A stretch of DNA of 63,984 bases, filler included, from Octopus bimaculoides (taxonomy: Eukaryota): NCBI RefSeq assembly GCF_001194135.2. It is 7 parts of 7 records of this genome, joined end to end, with 100 filler letters (N's around TTAATTAATTAA, not from the genome) between each part and the next. Parts side by side here need not be neighbours in the genome. Positions count along the whole stretch, not along the records: positions 22,539 to 53,745 come from NC_068981.1; 6 more parts are not named here. One strand, given 5' to 3'. Shown one piece after another: positions 24,336 to 36,879 of the stretch. The notes beneath the pieces are model-generated. The model saw only the letters and a list, made by a program, of their open reading frames with translations, was not told the origin of the DNA and made no database searches. How positions within the stretch are numbered: the first letter of the stretch is position 1; the number at the start of each line of letters is the position of its first letter. The translations under genes and the position numbers were made by a program.

Positions 24336-25096
24336 ATACGTCACTCTCCCATTTGCAAACGTTGTCACACTACTGAGTCTACTGCAGTTGATTGTGTAGA
24401 ATTTTAAAAGACTGAAAATTCAGAGGAATTTTACTGAGTATATGAAATTGTTTCTTTGAGTTTCTAAAACTGAGGTGAATCTTTATGCGACAAATGGTTT
24501 TAGCCAAAACGTCAATTTCTTTTTCTCTGAGGAAAATAATTTATTCTCTCTGAAATGAGTTTCTACTTAATATAAACTAATGCAGTTCGTTGCTAGCTTC
24601 TTTCGAATATGCTCGTCTAAATGGAAACAGTCTAATTTTTAGAAATTTGAAATATAAATTATCTTTTTCAAGTACTTTACTTCTATTTCTCTGTTTCTGC
24701 GACATAATGCATAAACATTTCCTTGATTGCCGCCTGAAAAATTCTGAAAAAGTTCAATTCTTTAGTGTTGTTTAAAGTTTGATGAATTTACTAGAATGAC
24801 TTTCAGAAAAGAAATACGCCACATAAAATGAGCATGGGTAAATATTCTGGGATTTTCTTAAATATCTCTATAATATTCGAAAGTGAGACCAATATATATG
24901 CTATGCCAGGGATACGGTTACGTATGCAACAGTCTTTCTAATTAAAAATTTAATGTCAAAATAAATTGAATGTATATTTATGTAGCGAAATGAATAAAAT
25001 AATTTATCTAAAATATTTTAATGAAATTTTTCCGGCTATACGTACATAGGTTCATGCTAACATATACCACACTCATAAATCTGACAGATTTTGTGC

Positions 25097-25147
<51 letters not shown>

Positions 25148-26917
25148 AGTTGAAAATTATCCCTTCTTAAATTGCTGTCTTTGATCCCAACTCTCAGTAC
25201 TTTCTGCTACAGAATTTAAGTCATTGCAGAAAGTCCATTAAGAGAGTAATTTATAAGTAGCGAGTGAAATGTATATCTAGGAAATAAACTGGAGATAGTA
25301 GATAGTGCACGGCCCAAGATACCCTAAACGTTAGACTTTGAAATAAATCCAGTCCAATAACAATCATCATAGACATTCAATATTAAATTCCTCACAAAAA
25401 AATGTTTTGCTTGAGTCTTTGACCAGATGAGAAACGAGATAAATAAAGCGTAATATAATAACGTTTGTATAAAACCAGTCCCGATAAGACAGGTCATGAC
25501 CTGCTTACGATTAATGTTCTCGTTGTATAGTTGGAATTTAGAACATTTCGAAGAATTTTTTCCACTTAATGTTTCATTTTAAGAATAAATGAATAATGAT
25601 TTTTCTGGTTAAATTAGAACAGATGTAGCTGATTCTAAGATTGATAAAAATAAATAAAAATATTTTAAGAATTTAAAAGGTCAATGTTGAAAGATTTGAA
25701 AGCGGTGACTTGGAATCATTCATCAATAGAGAAATGAAAGCATTTATTAGTGGTTGGCAGAATACTGTTGACAACTGACTGGAAGAGAGTTTAAATGATG
25801 AGAGAGGTCAGTGAATTTTACTGGCATAGGGGAGGGAACACTAAAATGTATGCCGTTAGTTATAACGACAGCAGTAAAAGAGTTCATGCGTTTTAGCTGG
25901 ATTTTCAAAATATTTAATTATTCACTTTATTATCCAATATAAGGGAAGATCTCAACAGATACCCTTCAGGCCACTTGAGAATTAAGAGAGAATCTGCGAT
26001 TATAAAGTTAAAACTCACCGTCTTGATTGCTAGTGTTATTTTGTTCAGGATTCTCGCAACTGGAATTTTGTTGTGATACTAGTGATCCGGTCTCTCAAAT
26101 TTTCAGTAACTCCCGATGACGACATTCGATATTAACAGTCATGACACACATATACATGCAGGTTTCATTCATTGTAGAAGGTATATACATATTTGATATT
26201 TCTCTTCTATTTCCCAAATAGGATTCGAATAAATATTCCAAAATATTTTACCAAAGAGCGAAAACTGTATCAGCATTATATTATTGATCTGTGAAACATT
26301 TGTTATCTAATTTTCAATAATCTGTTCTAAGTTAGAATTATGTGCTGAAATCGATGTGGAGTAACTAGTGATAATGTTTACTTCTACAATTGGTTGTATT
26401 GTGAGAAAGAACAAACAGTCCGGAAGGATGACAAAGATACCATCACATAGAAAAGAAAACAACGCTAGAATAAATAGCATTGGTTATCATTAATTTACAT
26501 CGAAAATCAGAAAGAGTTAGAACAGAATATTTCGAATCTCTTCATAAATCAACTGAAGAAATTCTTTCCACAACAGCATTATTGCAGCTGTAGAAAGAAC
26601 CAAAGCAACACTGACATTTTTCTTTAAAGAATGACAGACACAGTAAAAAAAAAAAGCTAAAATATATGCACACCGTATCTGCATGCATAGGAAGTCACTA
26701 TAGTTTCGTTCGGCCACCTAGAAATAGTAGCCAAATTATTTTCAAACTTATCTTGTACTGAACATTTGGAATGGAGTTGGAGTGATAGAGGGCTTACAGG
26801 CAGTGAGTTAAGTTAATTTTATTATCATGTAGTAGACTGAAAACTTTTCGTGAAAGACGCATCACGCTGCCTAGTCAAGAAATCGAACACCCGTCTTTAC
26901 AACCCAACAACAAGGCT

Positions 26918-27030
26918 AAGTTCCTGGTGATAGCTCTGTTGTCAAGTTGTTTAGATATTAAGGAGTTGTGCTCACGACTATAAGGTCGTTGGTTAGATTC
27001 GTGGACCGGTTGGCATGTTTTGTCCTTCAG
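26918..27030 (+). mobile_element. Degenerate tRNA-derived SINE head
   Basis: ctcacgactataaggtcgttggttagattcgtggaccgg...gtccttcagcaa, with a B-box-like ggttagattc. Confidence 0.5.
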
Positions 27031-27284
27031 CAATAATTTGATGTTGTTGAAGTCTAATCAACTAAAAGTAAAGCATTCACTTGCCACAACGCGCTATTCG
27101 GCCGGACAAGGCTAGAAAATCTGAAAATCGAAGAAGGTTTTTATTCTTGCCGGTGAATAAATCGGAACTTAAAACAGTAAGCAAAAGCATGATACGAGCT
27201 ACCAGGTCATACTCGTTGGCAAGCGATGCTTTGTTTAACCTATGTATGTGCATACTGAAATGCTATACACATATATGCATACAG

Positions 27285-27620
27285 TAGAGGCGCAATGACC
27301 CAGCGGTTAGGGCAGCGGACTTGCGGTCATAGGATCGCGGTTTCGATTCTCAAACCGAGTGTTGTGAATGTTTATTCAGCGAAAATACCTAAAGCACCAC
27401 GAGGTTCCGGTAGGGGGTGGTGGTGATCCCTGCTGTATTCTTTCTCCCTCTCTTTCTTCCTGTTTCTGTTGTCACACGCTGTGTCACGCTGAATCTCCCC
27501 GAGAACTACGTTAAGGGTACGCGTGTCTGTGGAGTGCTCAAACATTTGCTCGTTAATTTCACAAGCAGGTTGTTCCGGTGATGGGTTCAACTGGAACCCT
27601 CTTCGTCGAAACCGACTGAA
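27285..27620 (+). mobile_element. tRNA-derived SINE (third family)
   Basis: gaggcgcaatgacccagcggttagggcagcggact...ggtttcgattctc (A and B boxes), followed by a ~260 bp non-tRNA body. Confidence 0.75.
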
Positions 27621-29803
27621 TGCTACGATACGCATACATATATACATATATACACATGCACTCACACTCTCACACAAACATGTGTGTGTGTGTGTGTGTA
27701 ATTAGAGGAAAGCATATATATATTTGTAGTGAAACTATACAATATTACCCCTCTGAAAATAGGTGCTGAACTTAAGCCATTTGACTCTCAGCAGATTGGA
27801 GTGAAGAATCGGGTAATTTTATCATTCACTAGTTTAGTTTTGATTCACAAGTTTACCAGCAGTGTTTTAATGATTTTTTCCATATTGCAAGCGAAGTGTT
27901 TCACCCGCAACTTTTACTTTTTAAATGACAGAGGTTTCACTCCCTTACGGATTGTGGTGTGTAAGACAGTCGAAAAAATTACAAATGTGTCGTTAAAAAT
28001 CAGTGGTTAGTTCGTTTTGTCATCACTCGGAACCGCTGAGAGATCCGATGATTACCAAACCGATTATTTACAGAGTGATCCTCAAACATATGTTTATTTG
28101 AACGATTGGGCATCTCCAATCAAATTTGAGGGTATATTAATTGTTTAGTTAATACACCTGCGTTTACTATACGTCACGTTCAAACTGATTTTGAAAAAGC
28201 TAAGGTCATTGGTTGATGCATGAAATCGGTATATCTTGACTCTCTAACACATATCGTTATTTCTCTTCCTCCCAAGACGACTTAAAGAAAAAAATAAACG
28301 ATGATTTTGAGTAATTGTTAGACAGATAGATAAAAGGTTCTTGAAAGTTATTGTCTGTAATGATAAGCTGAATATTATCATTTATATTACCAACTTAATA
28401 TGTAAACTAGGCCAGCTTTAGCGGAATGGCTGAATCAGGAGCAGAACTGCCTCAGTAGAATTGCATTCCTTTGTTATTCTGAAGAGGGCTGCTGTTATCA
28501 ATCAGTAGATTGATGGGTGTAACAATAGCTCAGTGCATGTTTGGGACAATATGTGGAAAACCTTTTATGCTGTGTTTAATTTTCTTAATGATCAAATCTT
28601 TTTTCTACAACCTTTTGATGTTTTTCGTACAAATTATCATGCTACTCTCAAGACGACATTTCTCTCATCTACGTCATTCAATTCTGTATGTTGTTCATGT
28701 TAGCATTCGAGTTTATTAATTTTCATATTATTTTCTGATTTTTTTCAAGATACAAATATTTTCCCATTGGGAGCTTCTGTCTTTGAACTCGAGTTTTGTT
28801 GAGATTTCTTTTGAACATGTGCTGGTGATTATAACCTCAAACAACTGCCGATTCCCTTTGAAGCCAAATGATAAGTGTATAAAAGATCAAACACCGAACT
28901 ATTGATCATATATTAATTACCCGTTCACTATTTGCAGGCGTTTATTCTCAAACTGGTGAGCTGTGGTGAATATGGTAGGTTAGCTTTTGGAATATTGTGC
29001 GCAAAGTTTACAATTGGAGAGAAGGGTTTATTCAAATGAGATGGTAGGGACAGCGCAAGATTTGTAAGTTATATTAGGGATATCGTGGGTGCAATTGCGA
29101 TTACAAGGGAAAATATCATACATAAATTAAACTGCAACGCTACTCTCACTGTTTTTTTCTAGGGTTCGAATGTAACTATTTTGTTTCAGAAAATGTGTTC
29201 GTATACATTTAAGTATGAAGTATTTGCATAGTCCATCTATTCTCAGAAACTCTATACAAACGCAGGAGGAGGCATTTAGCGAGTAATTATACTTAAGCCT
29301 TTAACTTTAATTCATACAGTAACTGTTGGCAAATATCTCAAAAATATATCATTTGTATTCAACGAATCACGTTTAAAATTGTGGTATACACCATTCCATT
29401 GGCCAGTACGATTTAGACGAACGATGATAACATTCTTAGCTTTCACCTCATCGTCCCAGTAGAAGCTCTTTTAAAAACAAGGTCAGTTAAAAATAAAGGG
29501 GAAGGTGAGGATTTATGTGTTCAGTGATCCAGCATTTTATGAAAGGAATTGAGGGAATGGAGCGTTTACAAACAGTATTTTAGATTGTTTGTTTGTCTTT
29601 GTCATTGCTTGGACCTTGAACTACGCATCCTGTTGTTAAGTGACAGTATTAGGGATAGCATGTGTGCTGTTTTAGTATTCGATACATCTGCATTCTCAGA
29701 GTCGTGAGATGGCTGCTCTTACACTGTTGCATTTGGAAGCTTAGGACAGATTTAACGGTATATATGTATGTTTCTGCTGAATAGAAGTAAAAACAAAATT
29801 GTA

Positions 29804-29880
<77 letters not shown>

Positions 29881-29986
29881 GTGTGTGTTTATGTGAATGT
29901 TTGCGTGTGTCTGTGTTTGTGTTAAGGTTTGTTTATTTTTTAATAGAAACAGTTTTATATTACATTAAGGGAGTACACAATATGTT

Positions 29987-30128
29987 TGATAGAGTATAAA
30001 TCCCTTAAACAAGAATAGTATTGAGAGTGACCTCGAAGTTTCGGTTAGCTAAGCCATTATCTGAGTGTTCAGTTGGCCGAAACTTCGAAATCACTATTAA
30101 CGCTATTTAAGTTTAAGAATTATATACG
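29987..30128. repeat. Imperfect inverted repeat (~55 bp arms) made of hammerhead-like 3' halves
   Basis: tcgaagtttcgg (30033-30044) / ccgaaacttcga (30077-30088), with looser pairing further out. Confidence 0.7.
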
Positions 30129-30566
30129 GACATATATATAAATATATATACATATGTGAGTGTGAGTATGTATATATGTATGCGTGTGTGTGAAAGAGAG
30201 AGGGGGAAGGAGAGATTATTTATGTGTGCGTGTATTTTACATCAGACCTATTTCACGGATAGATTAATATTTTTCCTATTTACATAATACATTATTTTCT
30301 TCATATAACCATGAGAGTTAAATGTTCAAATTCTTATCATGACTAAATAATTCATATTATGAAAGTTTGAAAATTTTAATCTTTTGCACATTATCGTTCT
30401 CTCTTTTTCTTCCTTTCCACCCTAACCACCCCCATTCTCGCTTTCTGTCTTGGTTGAAATGGAAATTGCAAACAAATTTTTTGTTATTTTATTACTGAAC
30501 TTTGAATTCGTAATATCAAAACACTCAAGCAGACTTACAAAAAAAAAAAATGTATGTAAACACTTC

Positions 30567-30870
30567 AATTTACTTTTCTGATCAATATTAATAAGTTGAG
30601 TAAGTTGGTGAAGTAGTAGATACAATTATCATGGAGTCATATGGTATTTCGTTCATTTATCTGTGAGGTCGTCTTTGCCATTCGTGATACGTGGTTGATT
30701 GTTTAAAGTACAAGACATTATTCCTACGAGAAAGTATTATAAATATATATCACGAATGGCAAAGACGACCTCACAGATAAATGAACGAAATACCATATGA
30801 CTCCATGATAATTGTATCTACTACTTCACCAACTTACTCAACTTATTAATATTGATCAGAAAAGTAAATT
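30567..30870. repeat. Perfect 123-bp inverted repeat with a 58-bp spacer
   Basis: 30567-30689 is the exact reverse complement of 30748-30870 (checked base by base). Confidence 0.97.
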
Positions 30871-31226
30871 CAGCCTGTCAAAATTGCTAGACTTGAGCAT
30901 AATTATGAAAGATTTACTAATTAAAACGATGGAATGGCAGATTTGTTAAAGCACGGATGAAAATGGCATGTGATGTTTGATCGTCATATTTAATCCGCTA
31001 CTTCGAATCCAGGTGAGGTGAGACTTACTATTCATTTTCCAGGTCCACTGAAATAGTAGATCACATATTCACATGGGCTGATACTATCAAGCTTTACGTC
31101 TCCCTCAAAATTATGCATTTGTGCAATATAAGAAATATTATTTTATATTAATATTAGTGTTGCAAATTTATTAGAGACTTGGACAAGGGGCTTTTTTTTA
31201 GTATATTGTTGTGTGTCATGGTGTGA

Positions 31227-31347
31227 GTCCAAATTCCACTACGGGTAACTTTGGCTTCATTCCTTCTTTGATCGATAAAATTAAGATCAAGTGACTGACT
31301 GGTGTCGATTTAATCGACTAACTCGTCCCCTAAATCGATGGCCTTGA
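31227..31347 (+). mobile_element. SINE family A, degenerate 3' part
   Basis: tccaaattccac...tttcattcc...gatcgataaaattaag...ggtgtcgatttaatcgact. Confidence 0.6.
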
Positions 31348-31366
31348 TCTGAGTAAGACATTTTTA

Positions 31367-31450
31367 CGAGGGGTGTATGAAAAGTTTTGAGTCTTGAAGT
31401 CTTGTACCATGTTATTTTTTTTAGGCTCAAGACTTTTCATACACCCCTCG
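31367..31450. mobile_element. 84-bp Tc1/mariner-type MITE with TA target-site duplication
   Basis: TA|CGAGGGGTGTATGAAAAGT...ACTTTTCATACACCCCTCG|TA; 28-bp TIRs with 2 mismatches. Confidence 0.92.
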
Positions 31451-32815
31451 TACATCGAATTTGGTTTAGCTGAATTCATAGAGCTTTATAGTATTTACGT
31501 GAGACCATTTGAGATTTGAGTTCACAGCCACTTAATTTAACTTTCTACTTAATCTTCGGGATTCGATAAAACGAAGTAAATGTGAAGCATTGGATTAGAT
31601 ATAATTAAATATATTCGTTCTTCAAAAATGTGTCGCTTTCTGCCTGTGTTAGAAATCCTAGTTTTTCGAATCATGTACTATATATTTCGAGATTTGTCTC
31701 CTCTATTTCTTCTCTGTTTTGGCGAATAAAACCGTCACCGGCTGATTGTGGATGCATACGCAAGTAATGCATGACTTATGGTGTTAGTTTTCAAAGCCGT
31801 GTGCATTATATTACTTACTAATATAAACAGGCATTTTATATTAGGGTTAGGGGAACTGTGCAGGATAGAAAGACCACATGCGATGTGGCCCGTACGTATA
31901 TATCAACAGCTTTTGTTAACGAAACTATGTTCTGTTTAGAAAGCTGACCTTAGGCTTCAATATATCAGAATTAGAAGCAATTTCATTTAGAGAAACCCAT
32001 TAAGTAGTTATGCCTGAAAGATTGAACACACGGAGCTAGAATCTACTCCACTTCAACGATGATCACACACTGACACTATGTAGCATACACATATATCTGG
32101 TCCACGATGGTGTAAACGTGTAGTTGTTGCCTCTAAGACAAATCTATTCGCACAGCTGAAGTTTTTATATAAGTTTGAGATCAGAAAATGTTGTTATCTG
32201 AAATGCAGCAAGTCAGTATAGAGGGATACTGGATGGTAGGTGTGAAACGGATTGGGAACCGTTGTGGCTGATGCTAAGTACAATTTCTGTAGTCATTTCT
32301 GGGGACATCTAAGATCCAGAATTTTCAATAAATTTCAAAAGTCGTTCAACTAACAATGCTAGAAGATTTTAAAACCATTTTACATTCTGGTTTCCATTAC
32401 AACAGATTTTGAAACTGCATTTCAGCTTTGCCTTCACGGCCCGTCAAAACAGTGTAGCAGTCAAGTACTAATGTCGGTTTGAAACGCAGTATTAACTGGT
32501 TGGCGTAGTGCCAATACTAATAATCAATGTGAAATATCAATGAGTTAGTGGAGCATCAAGAACTCTTAGAGTGCTAAACTAAGTGCCTGCTAATATTTAC
32601 TTACTCTCAGTTTACGATGTGAGTGCACAGATTCAGAGGTTTACTAAATATATACAATTCTCAGGTGTCAGTACATGAAGTGCTAGTAATAAACTGTCAT
32701 GTATTCATTCGTCTATATATATTACCTGCAGATTTTCTCTTTTGTCAGGGTAGGATAATATTTTTTTCTCCTCTCTTTTTTCTTTCTTTCTTTCTTTTCT
32801 TCTTCTTCTTCTTGA

Positions 32816-32881
<66 letters not shown>

Positions 32882-32902
32882 TATTATTATTATTATTATT
32901 AC

Positions 32903-33117
32903 TAAGGCGGTGAGCTGTCAGAATCGTTAGTATGCCGGGCGAAATGCTTAGCAGCGTTTCCTCCGTCTTTACGTTCTGGGTTCAAATTCCACCGCTTGTC
33001 GAGTTTGTGTTTCATCCTTTCAGGGTCGTTAAAATAAGTACCAGTTGTTTACTGTGTTCGATGTAAACGACTATCCCCCTCCAAATTTCAGGTCTTGTGC
33101 CCTTTAGTACAGAGGAT
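32903..33117 (+). mobile_element. tRNA-derived SINE, family A
   Basis: taaggcggtgagctg...gggttcaaattcc...aagtaccag...ggtcttgtgcc; between (TAT)n tracts. Confidence 0.9.
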
Positions 33118-33129
33118 TACTATTATTAT

Positions 33130-33620
33130 TTCTTTTTATCACAGGTTTTTGGAGTCTTACATCCGCAGCATGCTTGCTATCTGAAGCCTACGGTGTCATG
33201 CTATCCGTTTTTTGAGCTATCTACTTCTTTCCTGATTATCCTGGCTGTGTCAAGGAGGCAAACATTTTCTACTGGACGTCATATTCCAATTACATTTATA
33301 TTCCATTTGATGCCGTCTAATACTGTTCCCAAGGATCCATCAACAATTGGCACTCTCTCTACCTTCTTCATCCTCCATAGCCAGGCTTGTTCGTATTTAA
33401 TAGGGTTGTATCTCTATAATTCCCGCCTTCCTTCTTGACTATGCGTTGGTGATAGTGGCATGCAATTCCAACTGTGTGGTGCATCTTGTCGACGACAAGT
33501 AGATCCGGTCTGTTATGCACTAGCACCTCATTTGGTCGGATTGGGGAATCCCAGAGGATTTTGCATGTCTCCGACTTCACCACTCTCTGCGATTTACGTC
33601 TTGTCTGTCTCTAGCCCCCA
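33130..33620 (-). mobile_element. R4/Dong-like retrotransposon 3' end with restriction-like endonuclease
   Basis: KILWDSPIRPNEVLVHNRPDLLVVDK...WRMKKVERVPIVDGSLG (PD..D-type RLE), ending in a (TAA)-rich tail. Confidence 0.85.
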
Positions 33621-33649
33621 CATTTCGCACACTTTACAATGTAGCACTT

Positions 33650-35692
33650 TCCCGAACTGATTATGGTAGAGGAACTTAGAAGAGTCAATGGTGATTCTGA
33701 AACAGTGAGCCTTGGTAGGCAGGTCTCTAGGAGAAGGAACACTCTGATTTAAAGCTGGGGTACATAGGACTCCTGTCTTTATCCAACAGTTCCATGCCTG
33801 AGACGAAGGCGAATGAACCGGGAATCGGGACTTAACTCCGGAGCTATATTTAGACGAAAGTACAGGACTAACTGACATTCTCCTATGTTTTAGTGAGAGT
33901 GACAATCATGGTCCTCAACACACAGAAATGCGATGGGAAAAGGCCCAACTGATGGATAGAAAGAGCTCTGCAGTCTTGGCTGACAATCTTACTTGAGAGG
34001 GTGTCTTGATGGTGGCTAACCTGAAAACACACACCTCAATGCTATTTGAAAATGTCTAATACAAATGTATCAAATAATGTTGTTAATGAGGCCGGAACTA
34101 AAGGTGAACGTTTTTTGCCCGGCAGGTACTCTGTGGTTGAGCAGCGCAGGGGCGGCCGACATCCACAGACTGCATATACACAGAGATCGAGAAGAAGGTG
34201 GGAGAAGGAGGCAAACCGAACGGTAATTGAATGCTGGATCAAGAGGGAATGCAGTGGAAGGGGGTTCTGACAATGCATGCAAGCAAAGTGGAATGAAATA
34301 GGACTCTTAGAAATGCGTGAGCAACAGCTTGCCGACCAGGCAAAAGCAATAAGAGAAAAATTGTGGTTAACAGACATGGAAATTAAAGAGATTAAAAAGA
34401 AAGTAGGAAATAGAAATAATGTTTCACCAACAGATAACGTGCCCAGTGAGGACAGAAAAAGGAATGGTAGTTGTGGAGACGTAGAGCAAAGTATAAATGT
34501 AAATTCATTCTCAGGAAATGAAGCAGAAGTAACGGAAAGAGCTATATTACAAGAATATGATTATGACCAACAAGATATAGTGAGGATGTTGTGCCAATAT
34601 ATTAGCGAAGACCAGGATCAAGCACTCCTCAGTCTGAGGTACAGTGATCGACACAAGTGGAAACCTAAAAGATAGATTCGGTTCTTGGGTTATTCCAGAC
34701 GAGAAATATAACTGAAACTAACAAGATTAGTTGGGCTGCAGCTTTCGTTGCTGCAGATAGAGTTGGATACAAACAGAACCTAAAGAACCATCTTGGCGTA
34801 GACGAATTTATGAGAAGTTAAAAAGACATTTAGGAGAAACTGATAGAGTGTGTAGAGGAGAAATTGCGTAATGAAAGGATAAATATAATACTGGAAAGAA
34901 CATATATAAGAGATAAAAGTTGTGATATGATATTGGTAGAGTTGAAACAAAGAGTAGAAGCAATCAAAGAAAAACTGGAAAGATATGACAATAAAACAAA
35001 ACAAACCAGGCAAAACATATTGATTGAAGCAAATCAGAAGAAACTGTTTCAGGAACCTGATGGTCAAATTTACGTAATAATGATACAAGATGCAGAGGAA
35101 AGCGAGGCATTCTGGAGAAGGATCTGAAACCAACCTGTAGAGCATAAAGATGAAGCGGAGTGGCTGCATGAAATCCAAGTTAAGTTGAGATATATAGAAG
35201 GCGAAGAAGACGTAAAAATAACTTCAAAATGATAAAAAATCAGTTAAGAAAATACCCAAATTGGAAGAGTCCAGGAGCGAATGAGGTCCTTCGTTATTGG
35301 CTGAAGAAACTGGGAGGGCTCAACGAAACGATAGTGAAACAGTTAGATGAATGCTTGTAGGAAGGCGCAGTACCCAGCTGGATGGCAAAGGTGGAAACAT
35401 TGTTATGTGCTAACGATCCTGAAATGGGAAATGTTGCTTCCAACTTTCTACCAGTAACGTGTTTTCCACTAATGTCGAAACTAATGCCAAGTGCTTTGGC
35501 CGGTGAACACTATAGATATTCAGACAGAAGTAGGCTGCTATCAAATAAAACAAAGGGTGCCGAAAGAGGAGCAGGGAAACGAAGGATCAGCTCTTAATCG
35601 ATAATCTAATTTTTAGAAACTGCAAGAGAATACACGGAAGCCTATGCATGGCATGCGTTGACTACCGAAAAGCATACGATACGATACCACAT
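33650..35692 (+). mobile_element. R4/Dong-like retrotransposon 5' UTR, N-terminus and first half of RT, degenerate
   Basis: RRRWEKEANRTVIECW, EQQLADQAKAIR, NWKSPG...[32 protein letters not shown] across frameshifts. Confidence 0.85.
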
Positions 35693-36004
35693 TTTGAATA
35701 AGGTTGAATAAGGTTTGTTTAAGGATGTTGAGCAAAACACCCATGTTTCCAAAGGTGAATTATTCAAACCCCAAAGAATTCCCCTCAACATATGGCTCTG
35801 ATGCTCCCCCACTACTTCTGCTCATGATCAGAGATGCATATATCGTTAGCAACCAAGGGACATGCTCAACTGGTTAAGGTGAAACAACTGACAAGCAAAT
35901 CTGTGGTATTAAGCAGAATATTTGCTGTAGTCCATCTTTTATACCAAGACAAAACAATGTACATGATGACACTTCCAATCAATTGCAAATTATTAACAGC
36001 GCAT

Positions 36005-36101
36005 TGAACTTCGTCGGAATTCGAACTCAGAATGTAAATAAGAACAAATGCCGCTAAGCATTTTGCTGGACTTGCTAAATAATCTGACAGTTCTCCGCCT
36101 A
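36005..36101 (-). mobile_element. SINE family A, head only
   Basis: cggaattcgaactcagaatgtaa...ccgctaagcatttt...ttctccgccta, followed by (ATT)n. Confidence 0.75.
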
Positions 36102-36879
36102 AAGCATTATCATTATTATTATTATTATTAACAGCAAATGCCATGATGTTATCTATTCACAACAGCGATTTTATCGAAATAAACCAGGATTAAACTTGCT
36201 AGATTCACTTCCTCTTCAGGGAGCCTTCATTCCTAAAAAAATGGAAGAAAATCACTATGCAAAATTGCAAATAGGAAATAAATATCCTTCTTAATTTAGA
36301 GAAAGACAAATGCAGGGTTCCAAATTCAAGAAGAAAAAAAAAACAATAACTAAATTGGAAGCACAATATCAGAACAGAAAATACCCTGGAAGCAGCATGA
36401 GTGCTTAAGTTTATCAGCTCAGCAAATGCATGCAGGCTAAACATCTTCGAAAAATGTGAGCCTTTCTTCCAGAAAAAGAGAAACGTTGTATATTTGTGCA
36501 GAATATATACTTTGCAATATTGAAAAGAACACAAATAATAATAATACCTTACTTAATGTATTAAGGAACAGAACCAGCATGAAAGGTATAATATTAATAA
36601 AAATTTAAAACCTCTTGAAACAGAAGGAAACTTTAAGTTTATCAGTAAAAGTATGCAGGATAAAATGTTTAGAAAAATGCAAGCGAGTTTTCCACAAGAA
36701 AAAAAGGTATTTGAATTTTATAAAATAATAGCGTTTCGCAAATACGAAAACAATATAAAGTTAAAATATAACACGAAAGACCTTGAGACATCAGCAGAAA
36801 TTCAAACATAGTTGGATAGAATATGGAATAATAAAGAAAAAATTAACATTCAACTCAAGCAATATACAAACTGGCTCTG

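Noticed and set aside
31841-31852. TTAGGGTTAGGG telomere-like motif
   Set aside because: Only two units; expected by chance.
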